DNA of 64,000 nt, taken from contig CAWHAA010000009.1 of assembly GCA_963827275.1 (NCBI GenBank), positions 1 to 64,000 on the forward strand. The letters run 5' to 3'. The first letter of the stretch is position 1. Each line of letters opens with the position of its first letter. The position numbers and the translations under genes were made by a program. Origin of the DNA: an uncultured Spirochaetota bacterium. Its GTDB lineage: Bacteria; Spirochaetota; UBA4802; UBA5550. The notes beneath the pieces are model-generated. The model was not told where the DNA came from. It worked only from the letters and a program-made list of their open reading frames with translations, and did no database searches. Positions 22,289 to 32,685 of this stretch are shown one piece after another.

Positions 22289-24304
22289 TTATTCGATTTT
22301 TCTGGCCCGGCGCTTCTTGAGGGGGAGCACGATGTCATTGGAATCGATCGAATCGATGTCAGCTGTCTTCTGCGGTTCGGCATACGATATGATGGTGTCG
22401 GATTCCTTCACGGTAAAGACGATCTTCCTCTTGAGCCTGTCGCCGGCCGACCGCTCGTTCCTGAACTTGTAGATGACCAGGCGGTCCCCTTCGGCAATGC
22501 CGTCGAACAGCCCCACGTTGACGAGGATGCCCTCGTCCTTGATCTTGAGCACGCGGCCGCCGTACGGGACCATGTCGTAGATCCGCTTCGCCGCCCGGAG
22601 CGCTACCTGGGGCAGGCTCTCCTTGCCCGATTCCGAGAGGGTGAACTCGCCGATGATGAAGCCTTTCTTGTAGTCCAGCACCCTGCATTCGAGGGTGACG
22701 GTCCCGGCGTTCTCCGCGTAGGAGCCGTAGACGACGTAATTGACCGGCTCGATTGTCCCGGCCTCGATGTTCGACTCGATGCTCTCCATGCTCTGGTCGA
22801 GGTGCCCGCCGCCGCAGGTGAGGCCGCAGGCGACCGCCGCGCGGTTCCTGATCCCCACCGGCCGCATCCTGCCGAACTGGCCGAGGACGAAGGTCAGGTG
22901 GCTGGCGATCACCTCGCCGGCGTCGGGGTGCGGGCCCATCGCGCCCGCCGGGTCGAACGGGAGGACGAGCACCACGGGCACGTCGCGCGGAGGCGTCTCG
23001 ACCGTGTACCCCTCGCGGTGATAGAGCATGTCGCGCCGCTTCATGATCGCGAGCGAGAGCTTCTCCTGCCACACGGGGTCCGGGTTCAGGCGAAGGATCT
23101 CCTTCATCTCTTCGATGTAGAGGAGGTTGTAGCCCTGCGTGTTGTAGTAGTCCATGAGGAGCTCGCGCGCGCCGGTGTTCATCGGGTTCAGGAGGAGCGT
23201 GCGGCGCAGGTACATGACGGCCTGGTCCGGGAAGCGCTTTTTCTCACGGTTGGCCGCACGCTCGAACTGGTCCTTGCTGAGCGACACCCGCAGGGGGTTG
23301 CCGATCTTGAAGTCGCGGAAGATGACGAAGTCCTCGGCGCGTGCCCGGAGGATCGAGTCAGACGGGTCTTTTTTCAGCGCCTTCTGGAACTCTTCCAGGG
23401 CGGTCTCCCGGTCTCCGGCGCGGTCGTGGGCCACCGCCAGGCTGTAGAGCAGGGCGCCGCTGTCAAGGTCGGTGATGGCGGTCTTGAAATACCCGGCGGC
23501 GTCGCCGTATTGTTTTTCCATGAGGGCGATGAATCCCATCACCCTGTTGGCCCGGAACGCGGACGGCTGGATCGAGATGGCGTTGGCAAGCGCGTGTTTC
23601 GCCTCTTCAAGGAGGTCGTCGTCCTCGCTGTCGAGGAATTCCCGCAGTAATATCTCTCCGTATGCGGTGTATCCCTTCGAGGACTCGGCGTTGGTGTCGA
23701 TGGCCTTCTCGGCGTACCTGCGCGCCTCGCCCAGCCGGTTTTCGGCGCTCTTTATCTCCGCCATGAGCAGGAGCGAGTCGTAATGGTACGGGTCGATGCG
23801 GAGGATCGTGGCGAGCGACCTCTTGGCCCAGATCATTTTCCCCAGGCTGGCGTACACCCGGGCGATGCCGTACCGGGCGTCGAGGTCCTGGCCCGAGATT
23901 GCCAGGGCCCGGTCGAAGTACTCGATCGCCTCCGTGTACCTGCCCATGGCGGCAAGGGTCCTGCCAAGGCCGACGATCGCCGCGGTCGATTTTTTATCGA
24001 TGGCCAGGGCGGCGGTGAACAGGTCGTATGACTGGTCATACGCCTCCACCTCGAAATAGGCCTTGCCCAGGCCGATCAGGGCCTCGCGGTATCGGGGATT
24101 GTCATGCAGGGCGTTCCTGAAGCAGAATATCGCCTTCTTGTAATTTTCCTTCTTGAGGTATTCCCACCCGTCCTTGTTGAAGGAGATGGCGTTTTTCCCC
24201 TGCAGGTGGCCGGGCGACAGCATCACGGACGCGGCAAGCGCGAGCGCGACCAGGGCGGCGTACACGGCGTGCGGGGATGGTATCTGTTTGTTCATCGCTT
24301 TCAT
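22289..24304 (-). CDS. Large secreted TPR protein
   Basis: Signal peptide, many TPR repeats, C-terminal alpha/beta domain. Confidence 0.8.
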   Translation of the reverse strand: MKAMNKQIPSPHAVYAALVALALAASVMLSPGHLQGKNAISFNKDGWEYLKKENYKKAIFCFRNALHDNPRYREALIGLGKAYFEVEAYDQSYDLFTAALAIDKKSTAAIVGLGRTLAAMGRYTEAIEYFDRALAISGQDLDARYGIARVYASLGKMIWAKRSLATILRIDPYHYDSLLLMAEIKSAENRLGEARRYAEKAIDTNAESSKGYTAYGEILLREFLDSEDDDLLEEAKHALANAISIQPSAFRANRVMGFIALMEKQYGDAAGYFKTAITDLDSGALLYSLAVAHDRAGDRETALEEFQKALKKDPSDSILRARAEDFVIFRDFKIGNPLRVSLSKDQFERAANREKKRFPDQAVMYLRRTLLLNPMNTGARELLMDYYNTQGYNLLYIEEMKEILRLNPDPVWQEKLSLAIMKRRDMLYHREGYTVETPPRDVPVVLVLPFDPAGAMGPHPDAGEVIASHLTFVLGQFGRMRPVGIRNRAAVACGLTCGGGHLDQSMESIESNIEAGTIEPVNYVVYGSYAENAGTVTLECRVLDYKKGFIIGEFTLSESGKESLPQVALRAAKRIYDMVPYGGRVLKIKDEGILVNVGLFDGIAEGDRLVIYKFRNERSAGDRLKRKIVFTVKESDTIISYAEPQKTADIDSIDSNDIVLPLKKRRARKIE

Positions 24305-24433
24305 CAGTCGGTATCATACAAACAAAAACAATTTCTTCATAAAGTCAAGTGAAATATGTCTCATTATCAGCGGCGCGCGACTTTATATAAAAAACTGTTG
24401 CAATAATAAAACTGTCATTATGAATATCAAACG

Positions 24434-25093
24434 ATGAAAATAACATCCAGCATATACCTTGTCGGCGGGCCGGGAAAATCGGCCCCGGAGGATGCCGCCA
24501 TCTACCTGATGGTATCTGACGGCGTATCCGCGCTCGTGGACGCCGGCACGGGGGCCGGCGCCGACCGGGTCATGAAAAACATCAGGGCCGCGGGGGCCGA
24601 CCCGTCTTCACTCAAATACCTGTTCCTTACCCACTGCCACTACGACCATACCGGCGGCGCGGAGCGGGTGAGGAAGGATACCGGCTGCACGATCGTCGCC
24701 CACGAGCTGGACGCCGGGTTCCTTGAGGCCGGCGACTCGGAGGTGACTGCCGCGTCGTGGTACCGCGCCTGGATGGACCCGCTCAAGGTGGACATAAAGG
24801 TAGCGGACAAGAAAAAGCTCTTTACCGTCGGGGCGCTCGAGGTCGCTTTTATCCACGCGCCGGGCCATTCGCCCGGCTCTTCCGTACTCACCGTGCGGTC
24901 TGACGGGAAGCTGGTGCTGTTCGGGCAGGACGTGCACGGGCCGCTGAACGATGCCCTGCGCTCGGTGCGCGAGGATTATGAGCGGTCGCTCGAGTTCATG
25001 CTCTCACTCGAGGCCGATATCCTGTGCGAGGGCCATTTCGGCGTCTATGTCGGCAAGGAGAAGGTGCGTGATTTTATCGAGTCTTTTCTGTAA
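24434..25093 (+). CDS. MBL-fold metallo-hydrolase
   Basis: THCHYDH, PGHSPG, CEGH. Confidence 0.9.
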   Translation: MKITSSIYLVGGPGKSAPEDAAIYLMVSDGVSALVDAGTGAGADRVMKNIRAAGADPSSLKYLFLTHCHYDHTGGAERVRKDTGCTIVAHELDAGFLEAGDSEVTAASWYRAWMDPLKVDIKVADKKKLFTVGALEVAFIHAPGHSPGSSVLTVRSDGKLVLFGQDVHGPLNDALRSVREDYERSLEFMLSLEADILCEGHFGVYVGKEKVRDFIESFL

Positions 25094-25111
25094 AAGGGTG
25101 GCCGTGGGGCG

Positions 25112-26008
25112 ATGGCAGATACGATAATTCAGACCCGTAAAACGCAGGCGAGAAAGCCGGGCGTCTCGTTCGTCCTTTCGCTCTTTTTCCCGGGGCTCGG
25201 CCAGGTGTACAACGGCGACCTGGCCGGGGGGATCGCCTTTGCCCTCCTGCGCACCGTCGCGCTCCTGGCCCCTCCCCTGTGGGCGGCGGCAAGCAGGCCC
25301 CTTTCGTGCGTCGATGTCTTCATTGTTTTCTTTTTCATTGTAATTGTGCTGACATTCGCATCCCCGGTTGAGGCTCTCGTGCGCGCGCGCCGGAACCGGG
25401 AGCTGCCGGTACGGCGGTATAATGCCGCCCTCCCGTATATCGTGTTCGCGATCGCCAATACTGTCATTACCTGCATCGCCGTCATGGTAGTGGCGGCGTT
25501 TTTTTCGGTCCAGGTGCCGGATGCGTTCCGGGCCGGTCCCCTCCTTTCCGCAGGGGACATGGTACTGGTGCGGCATTATGTGCCGGAGGGGCCCCGGCGC
25601 GGGGACCTCGCGGTTCTCGATGACGGGTCCGTCGCGCGTATCATCGCCCGCGAAGGCGACCGGGTTGCCTATGTGAACAATGTTTTCTATGTAAACGGCA
25701 GGAACCTGCCTCTCGGCTATCTCGCCGATCATGTCATCGCGCGCTTCACCGCGGACCGTGAGGAAGTCGTATCGGAAGCCGGCGACGTTGTTTCATACCC
25801 GGTGCGGTTCAAGCAGTCGCAGGCCATCACCCTGCGGGGCATCGGCGGCGTCATGCGGAAGGGGACGCTGCTGGTCGCCTCCGATACAAGGCTCGACCGC
25901 GATTTTGCACGGATTATACCCGCGTCGTCACTCCGCGGCAGGGTGGAAGGGGTCCTCTTCTCGACCTTTCTGCGGAAGATCGGAATTAGCCCGTTTGGTG
26001 ACCTGTAA
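25112..26008 (+). CDS. Membrane protein with a degenerate signal peptidase I (S26) domain
   Basis: FFPGLGQVYNG N-terminal TM module; GDMVLV, RRGD, RII..EGD and RD boxes. Confidence 0.7.
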   Translation: MADTIIQTRKTQARKPGVSFVLSLFFPGLGQVYNGDLAGGIAFALLRTVALLAPPLWAAASRPLSCVDVFIVFFFIVIVLTFASPVEALVRARRNRELPVRRYNAALPYIVFAIANTVITCIAVMVVAAFFSVQVPDAFRAGPLLSAGDMVLVRHYVPEGPRRGDLAVLDDGSVARIIAREGDRVAYVNNVFYVNGRNLPLGYLADHVIARFTADREEVVSEAGDVVSYPVRFKQSQAITLRGIGGVMRKGTLLVASDTRLDRDFARIIPASSLRGRVEGVLFSTFLRKIGISPFGDL

Positions 26009-26038
26009 TAAGCGGTGCTTTTATGATTTTACATCCAC

Positions 26039-26274
26039 TACCGATAACTATCGGCGGGATACCGATAACTATCGGGCGGGATACCGATAACTATCGGGCA
26101 GGATACCGATAACTATCGGGCAGGATACCGATAACTATCGGGCAGGATACCGATAACTATCGGGCAGGATACCGATAACTATCGGGCAGGATACCGATAA
26201 CTATCGGGCAGGATACCGATAACTATCGGGCAGGATACCGATAACTATCGGGCGGATCCCGATAACTATCAGGC
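26039..26274. repeat. 22-bp tandem array, 11 copies, with near-palindromic core CCGATAACTATCGG
   Basis: GATAACTATC at 26043, 26064, 26086, 26108, 26130, 26152, 26174, 26196, 26218, 26240, 26261; unit TACCGATAACTATCGGGCAGGA. Confidence 0.97.
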
Positions 26275-26303
26275 GGGGACTCATGCCACTTTCAGATGAA
26301 TGT

Positions 26304-27467
26304 TCATTTTGTTATGCTAAATGTATCAATACTCGTGCCAGCGGGCTTTTCCGCGTAAAAGTTCAGCGTGTTCCCCGCAATTTCAACCTTGCAGAAATGG
26401 TTTGATTCATCAATTACATCGACATTCGTTTCTCCGCTTACCGGTGTGACCAGCGGAGCGCCGCCCCCGCCGGTGGTGATGTGATACACGTTATTGACTT
26501 CCGCGCGTGCATAATAATGGTTATGCCCGGCGAAGACAATTGAAACACCGTACAATTCACAGAGCGGTTGGATGTAATTTTGCACACCGGTATCGTTTGG
26601 GTGCCCACCGGCAGCGGACCAGCCGGGCTGGTGAAGGACGATGAATTTCCATATTTTTGTCGATGCCGACAGGTCGCTTTCAAGCCATGCGTACTGCACG
26701 CTCAGCGGGTCATAGGCGACGTATTGGTCGACTATCGCCACATGTACCGGCCCGTAATCGAAAGACCAATAGCAGCCATCAGCGTCCTGATACGGATAGG
26801 GAAAATATTTTCTAAAAAGCCCCTCTCCAAGGTCGTGGTTCCCGACGGCTGATATGAATGGGACCGAGGCCAGATACTTTCTGACGTTCCCAAGGTTAAA
26901 GAATTCACGCTCCCAGAAATCTTCCAATCCGCCTGATGTCACCAGGTCCCCGACTCCGAGAATAAACGTTTTATATGACGGGTCATCCAGAGTCGATGTG
27001 ATAGCCCCGGCCACTTCGTCATGGATATCGGGAAGGGTTCTCGTGTCGCCATAGACCATGAAATTCAGATTGGTCGCCGTTGCGTCCGGCGCGGTGCGAA
27101 AAGAACCGGTATAGGTCTCCTCGTTGATGGTTACCCTGTAACAATAGATGGCTCCCGGGGCCAGCCCGGTAATGATTTGCGAATGGAGATGCTGGTCCCG
27201 GTTGCTGCTGTTTTCATTCGTGACGGCCGTTCCAATGTCATATAGCGTATTGTCTCCCCATGCGATCGAACACTCGGTTGTTATCGCAGTCTGCCATGCG
27301 ATTTTCATCTCGGTGTTATCGCCGGTCATGATAAGATACGGGTCCTTGAATAGTGTTGATCCTCCGGGTAGCGGGACAGGGATAATTTTTTCTTCATGGC
27401 CGCATGCAGCCATGAAAAGGATCAAGACTCCGAGAACTGACACATGTGCTATTTGTAGTTTCCCCAT
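26304..27467 (-). CDS. Purple acid phosphatase-like metallophosphoesterase lipoprotein
   Basis: Lipobox-like MAAC, FN3-like N-domain, YGD, GDL, GNHD, GHNH. Confidence 0.85.
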   Translation of the reverse strand: MGKLQIAHVSVLGVLILFMAACGHEEKIIPVPLPGGSTLFKDPYLIMTGDNTEMKIAWQTAITTECSIAWGDNTLYDIGTAVTNENSSNRDQHLHSQIITGLAPGAIYCYRVTINEETYTGSFRTAPDATATNLNFMVYGDTRTLPDIHDEVAGAITSTLDDPSYKTFILGVGDLVTSGGLEDFWEREFFNLGNVRKYLASVPFISAVGNHDLGEGLFRKYFPYPYQDADGCYWSFDYGPVHVAIVDQYVAYDPLSVQYAWLESDLSASTKIWKFIVLHQPGWSAAGGHPNDTGVQNYIQPLCELYGVSIVFAGHNHYYARAEVNNVYHITTGGGGAPLVTPVSGETNVDVIDESNHFCKVEIAGNTLNFYAEKPAGTSIDTFSITK

Positions 27468-27702
27468 GTCACATCTCTCCAGTATGTTGGGATTACCGAT
27501 AGTACTGTAGGATACTGTAGTTAAGAATATACTATATATTCCTTTCATCCTGGATCATAAATTATGCATTTGTCATTTTTTCTCCAAACAATGTGCTGGA
27601 CATATGTCATGCGGGCTACTACTATTGCGGAAATATTTGATCGCCGTTATCGGCAATACACTGATAAATACAGGCGCGAGTATATCATTTATACTTTCGT
27701 AG

Positions 27703-29803
27703 ATGGAGCGTATGCACGGAACCAGTAAAATAGCTTTTTTAGTAATCTCCGCGCTTTTCATCGCGTGCGGTAAGGGAGAGTTCATAACCGGCGGCCATGC
27801 CCTTTTTCTGGCGGACGGCCCCACGGTGCGCTATACCGTACTCGGCGGCGAGGGAACGCCGCGGTTTCATTCGATACGGTCGCTCAGGGGACTGCCGGGT
27901 GATGAACCGCCCGAGGTCATCGACGTCACTGCGGCCGGCCGTGAAGAGTGCGTCGTCATCACGCGGAAGCACGGAGTGTACAGGGTCGCCGTCTCTGGCG
28001 GAGCGTATAGAAGAATTGACCGGGGCCTCCCCCCGGAAGTGATCTATCCCTATGACGCTACGGGGATTACCAAGCCCGTGGTCAGTATTTCATCTACAAG
28101 CGGAGCCGGCCGCATCGCGCTGATCGTCCCGACCGAGGCATATTACTCGGACAATGGCGGCCGCACCTTTTCCCGGATGCCGCTTGCGGGCGTGAAGCGC
28201 TACACGGAGCTCACATCGATCGCCCTGCATCCGAAGAATGACCGGCTTGTTGTTGTCGGCACCTCGTCAAACGGCATATACGTCTCGCAGGACGGCGGCA
28301 CAACCGCCCGGCGGATAAGGGCGGGCGTGCCGGGCGAACCGGCCGGCTCCCCGAATTTTCTCGAAGAGGTGCGCTCCCTCTGCTTTGGCGGGGACGAGGA
28401 CACCTTCTACGCGGGACTGGGCAACGGCGGCGGCGTGTACCGCGGCAGTATCGCGCGGGGCAACGTGATGCCGGTACGCGCGCCGGGCTCATTACCTATC
28501 CCGACGGCGATTTTTACCGGGTAACCAGCCTGAACTACTTTGACGGAGCCTGTTAATCGGCACGAACCGGGACTGGCGCAAGATCATAGAGACCGCTGAG
28601 ACGAAAAAACAGGGGGCGGCCGCACGGCAGATCCGCGAGGCCTTCCGGGACGGGGAAGGACTTTGTGCCGCTGATTCCGGCGGGATGCATTTTTCCTTTC
28701 CCCCCGAATACCGGCCGCGGCGGGAGTTTGAGCCGGACCACCGCGCCATGGGAAAGCAGGCCATGTATATCAGCTACTCCTTCACCCAGGGCGGGAATTA
28801 CGGCCGTCTTCTGAAGCTGCTCCGTTATCTCAAGCTGAACGCGGTTGTCATCAACCTGAAGGATGATTACGGCACCATACGGGTGCCGGTATCGGACCCC
28901 CTTGTAACAAAGGTGCCCGGCTCTGTCAGGCCCTACGTGAACGTGCTGGAAACGATCAAGCGTCTCCGCTCCGACGGCATCTACGTGATCGCCCGCCAGG
29001 TCTGCTTCAAGGATGACAAGGTGTACGACTTCCTCGGCGGGAAATACGCGGTGAAGAACCCCGCGGGCCGCCCGTTCCACAAGGGCCCGGAGAAGTGGGT
29101 CGACGGCTTCAGCGAGTTCGTCTGGGATTACAACATCGCGGTGGCGCGGGAGCTGGAGAAGGCGGGCGCTGACGAGGTCCAGTTCGATTATATACGCTTC
29201 CCCGACGTGCGGGGCGAGGCCGACAACAGGCGGTTCGATTTCAAAAAAGAGCACCAGACCATGCGTGAGGCCCTGGTCTCGTTCCTGAAAAAGGCGCGGG
29301 CCTCGCTTGAGGTGCCGATTTCGGTCGATCTCTTCGGCTACACCGCGATATACCAGTGGGGCGACTGGATCGGCCAGGACGTGAGCGAGCTGTCGCGCTA
29401 CGTCGATGTTGTCAGCCCCATGTTCTATCCGTCGCATTATACCGGCGGTTACGCGGCCGGGTACGGGGACAGGCGGATTTATTACACCATCTACCTGAGC
29501 TGCAAGCGCGCCAGGGAGCTTTCCGGCGGGGCGCACCTGCGGCCCTATATCCAGGCCTTTTATTACAAGGACAATTCGGACAACTATTGCGTGGATTACA
29601 TCGGATGGGAGCTCGACGGCCTGAAGGACAGCGGCGTGACGGACTATATCTTCTGGAACGACCTGTCCGAATACACGATCCTGATACGGGGCCTGCGCAA
29701 GTACCGCGGCATGGGGGAGGGTCCGGTGCCCCCGGAGATCAAGGCCTGCGTCCCGAAAAAGCTCCCCTTCAGCACGATGGTCGAGCGGGAGGGCCCTTCA
29801 TAG
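27703..29803 (+). CDS. Lipoprotein: beta-propeller region plus putative glycoside hydrolase (DUF4015-like); frameshifts at about 28490-28560
   Basis: SDNGG and SQDGG Asp-boxes; IARQVCFKD, DEVQFDYIRFPD, PMFYPSH, RPYIQAF. Confidence 0.7.
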
Positions 29804-29935
29804 GACCTGCCCGCGGGATGTATTGTTCTTGACTAAAAAGCCCGATCGATGAATTTTAGTAACTGTCACCATACAGTATGCACGACCGGTCCCTCTCTTC
29901 CGGGGGGATCGATATCAATTCCCGGGGGTATCGAC

Positions 29936-30910
29936 ATGATTCTGGTTACTGGCAGCAACAGTCTGCTGGGCGCACGGCTGGTGAAAAAGCTCGCGGAAAG
30001 CGGCGAGACGCTGCGCTGCGTTGACCTGGAGAAGCCAGCGGAGATGCCGGCCGGCGTCGAATTCATCGAGGGCGATATCCTCGACATGATCCTGCTCGGG
30101 AAGCTGTGCAAGGGAGTGGACGCCATCTTCCATCTCATGGACGTGAAGAGCCCGAAGCATCACGGCAGGCGTTACATGAGAAAGATCAACGTGAAGGGCG
30201 TGCGGATGATCCTCAGGGCGGCCAATGCGGCCGGCGTGAAGAGATTCATATTCCTCTCATCGTATGAAGTGTACGGCTCACCCAAAAACCTGCCCGTCGG
30301 CGAGTATGACATGAAGGTGATGAAGCCGGCGACCCGCTACGGAAAGGACAAGCTCAAAGCGGAGAAGATCTGCCAGGAGTTCATAAAGGCGAACAAGATG
30401 TCGATCGCCATGTTCAGGCCGACGCCGATGCTGGGCCCCGGGACCAGGAACCCCATATCGCTCATCACCCTCCTCATGGCCATGGGAATGGAAGAGGCGA
30501 ACCGGATATACGTCGCCGGCCATGGCGAAAACCGGTTCCAGATGCTCCATCCCGAAGACGCCGCTGGCGCCCTGTTCCAGGCGTACAAAACGGGCGTGGC
30601 GTACGGCAAGGTTTACAACCTGGGATCGGACAATGTCCCCACCCAGATGGAACAGATCACCATGGTGAAGGAAAAGGCGGGGCTTGACGCGACGATCATG
30701 CACCTTTCGACGTCAAAGGCGAAATTCCGCTCCTTCTTCCTGAAGCCGTTCAAGATAGATTACCTCAACAAGGGCCACGTGGTATACCTGCTGACCGATC
30801 TGATCCTGAACTGTGAAGCGGCCAAGGCCGACCTGGGATGGCAGCCGCAGTACGGGAACGTCGATATGATCCTCGAAACTATTGACTGGTACAGGAAGGA
30901 AAAACTGTAG
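29936..30910 (+). CDS. NAD-dependent epimerase/dehydratase
   Basis: ILVTG..S.LG, FLSS..VYG, YxxxK. Confidence 0.85.
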   Translation: MILVTGSNSLLGARLVKKLAESGETLRCVDLEKPAEMPAGVEFIEGDILDMILLGKLCKGVDAIFHLMDVKSPKHHGRRYMRKINVKGVRMILRAANAAGVKRFIFLSSYEVYGSPKNLPVGEYDMKVMKPATRYGKDKLKAEKICQEFIKANKMSIAMFRPTPMLGPGTRNPISLITLLMAMGMEEANRIYVAGHGENRFQMLHPEDAAGALFQAYKTGVAYGKVYNLGSDNVPTQMEQITMVKEKAGLDATIMHLSTSKAKFRSFFLKPFKIDYLNKGHVVYLLTDLILNCEAAKADLGWQPQYGNVDMILETIDWYRKEKL

Positions 30911-30960
30911 GGTACGCCCCCCGGCCGTCCGGAGGGGGGCTTTCGGGACCGCAGGCGGGG

Positions 30961-32673
30961 TTATATCTCGTTCTCGTCCAGCCCGGTCCGGTTGCGCTCC
31001 TGCTCCTCGGCGCGCTTTTTCTTTTTCGCGGCCATGGCGTCGCGTCCCTTCTTCGTGAGGACTTTTTTCAGCAGCTCCCATAACTTGACAAGCAGCAGCG
31101 TGAGAAACTGTCCCCTGCTTCCCTTGCCGGTTTCCGAGGTGAAGATGAGCTGCGCCTTTTTCATCTCCGCGATGCTGAGCTTCCGGTCGTCGAGCTTCAT
31201 CTGCTTCATCATCTGCTTCGCCTGGGTCTTGGCGAGCTTCATCGTCTCCTTGTCGTCGGTCAGCTCTTTTCTTTCAACGAACATGTACACCATGTCCGGA
31301 TTTTTCAGCATTTTCCTCTTGATGCGGACGAGGGTGTCGAGCGCTTCGATGAGCACCTGGTTTTCGGCGTTGCCGTTTTCCATGAGCATCTGGATATACT
31401 GGTAGAAGAACTGCAGCTGGCGGAAGAGCTTTTTCTTCTCTATCAGGGTGAGCTCCTTGAGGTCGATGATGGTGAAGCGCTGGAGCGTGAACTGGATGAA
31501 TTCCAGCTGTTCCGGCCCCAGGTTGTAGAGGAGCTCGCTGTTCAGGTCGCTGATCTCGATGTACTTGTTGGCAACCTCTTTCAGGTCGTTGAACATCTTG
31601 TCGGAAGAGTCCATGATGTTGCGGAACGCGATCTTTTCCGGCGTTGGATGATTTTTGCCTCCGGGCCGAGCTTTTTGTATTCGTCCATCTTTGTCTTGAT
31701 GGTGCGGATGTCCATCGTGTCAGCGTATACCTGGACGTTCTGGCTTCTTCAGCTGCTCCTCCATCTCCATGATGTCGGGCTTGGCGATATCGTCGCCGAT
31801 CTTCAGCACGTTCAGCTTGATGTCGCCGAGCTTGACCTTGAGCTCGTGCTTCTCGATCTTGCTGATGCCGTCGGTGACCACCAGTATCTCGGACTTTGCC
31901 ATCTCCTTGTCGAAGGTGATGTCGCTGATGGCCTGTAAAATGGCCTCGTGGATATTGGTGCTCCTGCCGCCGGTCGTCGTGAGGAGTATCTCCTCGATGA
32001 GCCGGGGGAAATCCTGCTGTTTCTCGACCTTGATGAGGTTCCCGGGCCTGGAATCAAAGGGGCGGAAAAATATCTTCGCGCGGGAGTTGTATTTTCGCCT
32101 CAGGAATTCGGCGATGATGCACTTTGAATAGAAGGTGCGCATCTTCGCCTCCATCGATTTTGAGCGGTCCAGGAGGATGAAAAATTTCTGCTCGTAGCGG
32201 GTCGCTTCCTTCCCCTTCTTGTCGCGGGAGGTGGATATCGGCTTGAAGCTGTCTGCTTCGGTCTCGTAGTGCCGCTGGACCAGCAGGGTCTTCGTGTACA
32301 GCTTCATGTCGAAGACTTCCTGCTCAAGGGCCAGTTCGCGGGGCAGGGCTTTTTTCAGGTCGATGATGTTCCGGTAGCGGTCGATCTCCATCCGGTCGGA
32401 CAGGGGCGAAATTTTTTCAAGGCGGTTGACCTGGATGCTCTCCTTGCGGTCAGGCTTGTAGTCCTTGTCTTCTTTGGATATCTCCTCGATGGCGGTGAAG
32501 GCGTCGTTGAGCCGCTCGTCGGTGAAAATCACGCGCGCGATCTCGAAAAGCGCGAAGAACTGCGGGGGGAGGATGGAGCGCGAATATTCGAAAAAGCCGA
32601 GAGAGTCCCAGTATTCGAAAAAGTCGATGTCTTCGGGGTTGGTTCTTCTGAATCCGACGCTTTCCGGGCTCAC
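30961..32673 (-). CDS. VWA-domain protein (ViaA-like); frameshifts at about 31640-31745
   Basis: MIDAS motif LLDRSKSM, TTGG, VVTDG; bridging frame links ORFs 31720-32673 and 30961-31614. Confidence 0.75.
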
Positions 32674-32685
32674 GGCAGGCCTCTG

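Noticed and set aside
26039..26274. CRISPR array
   Set aside because: No unique spacers, 22-bp period, and no cas genes in the window
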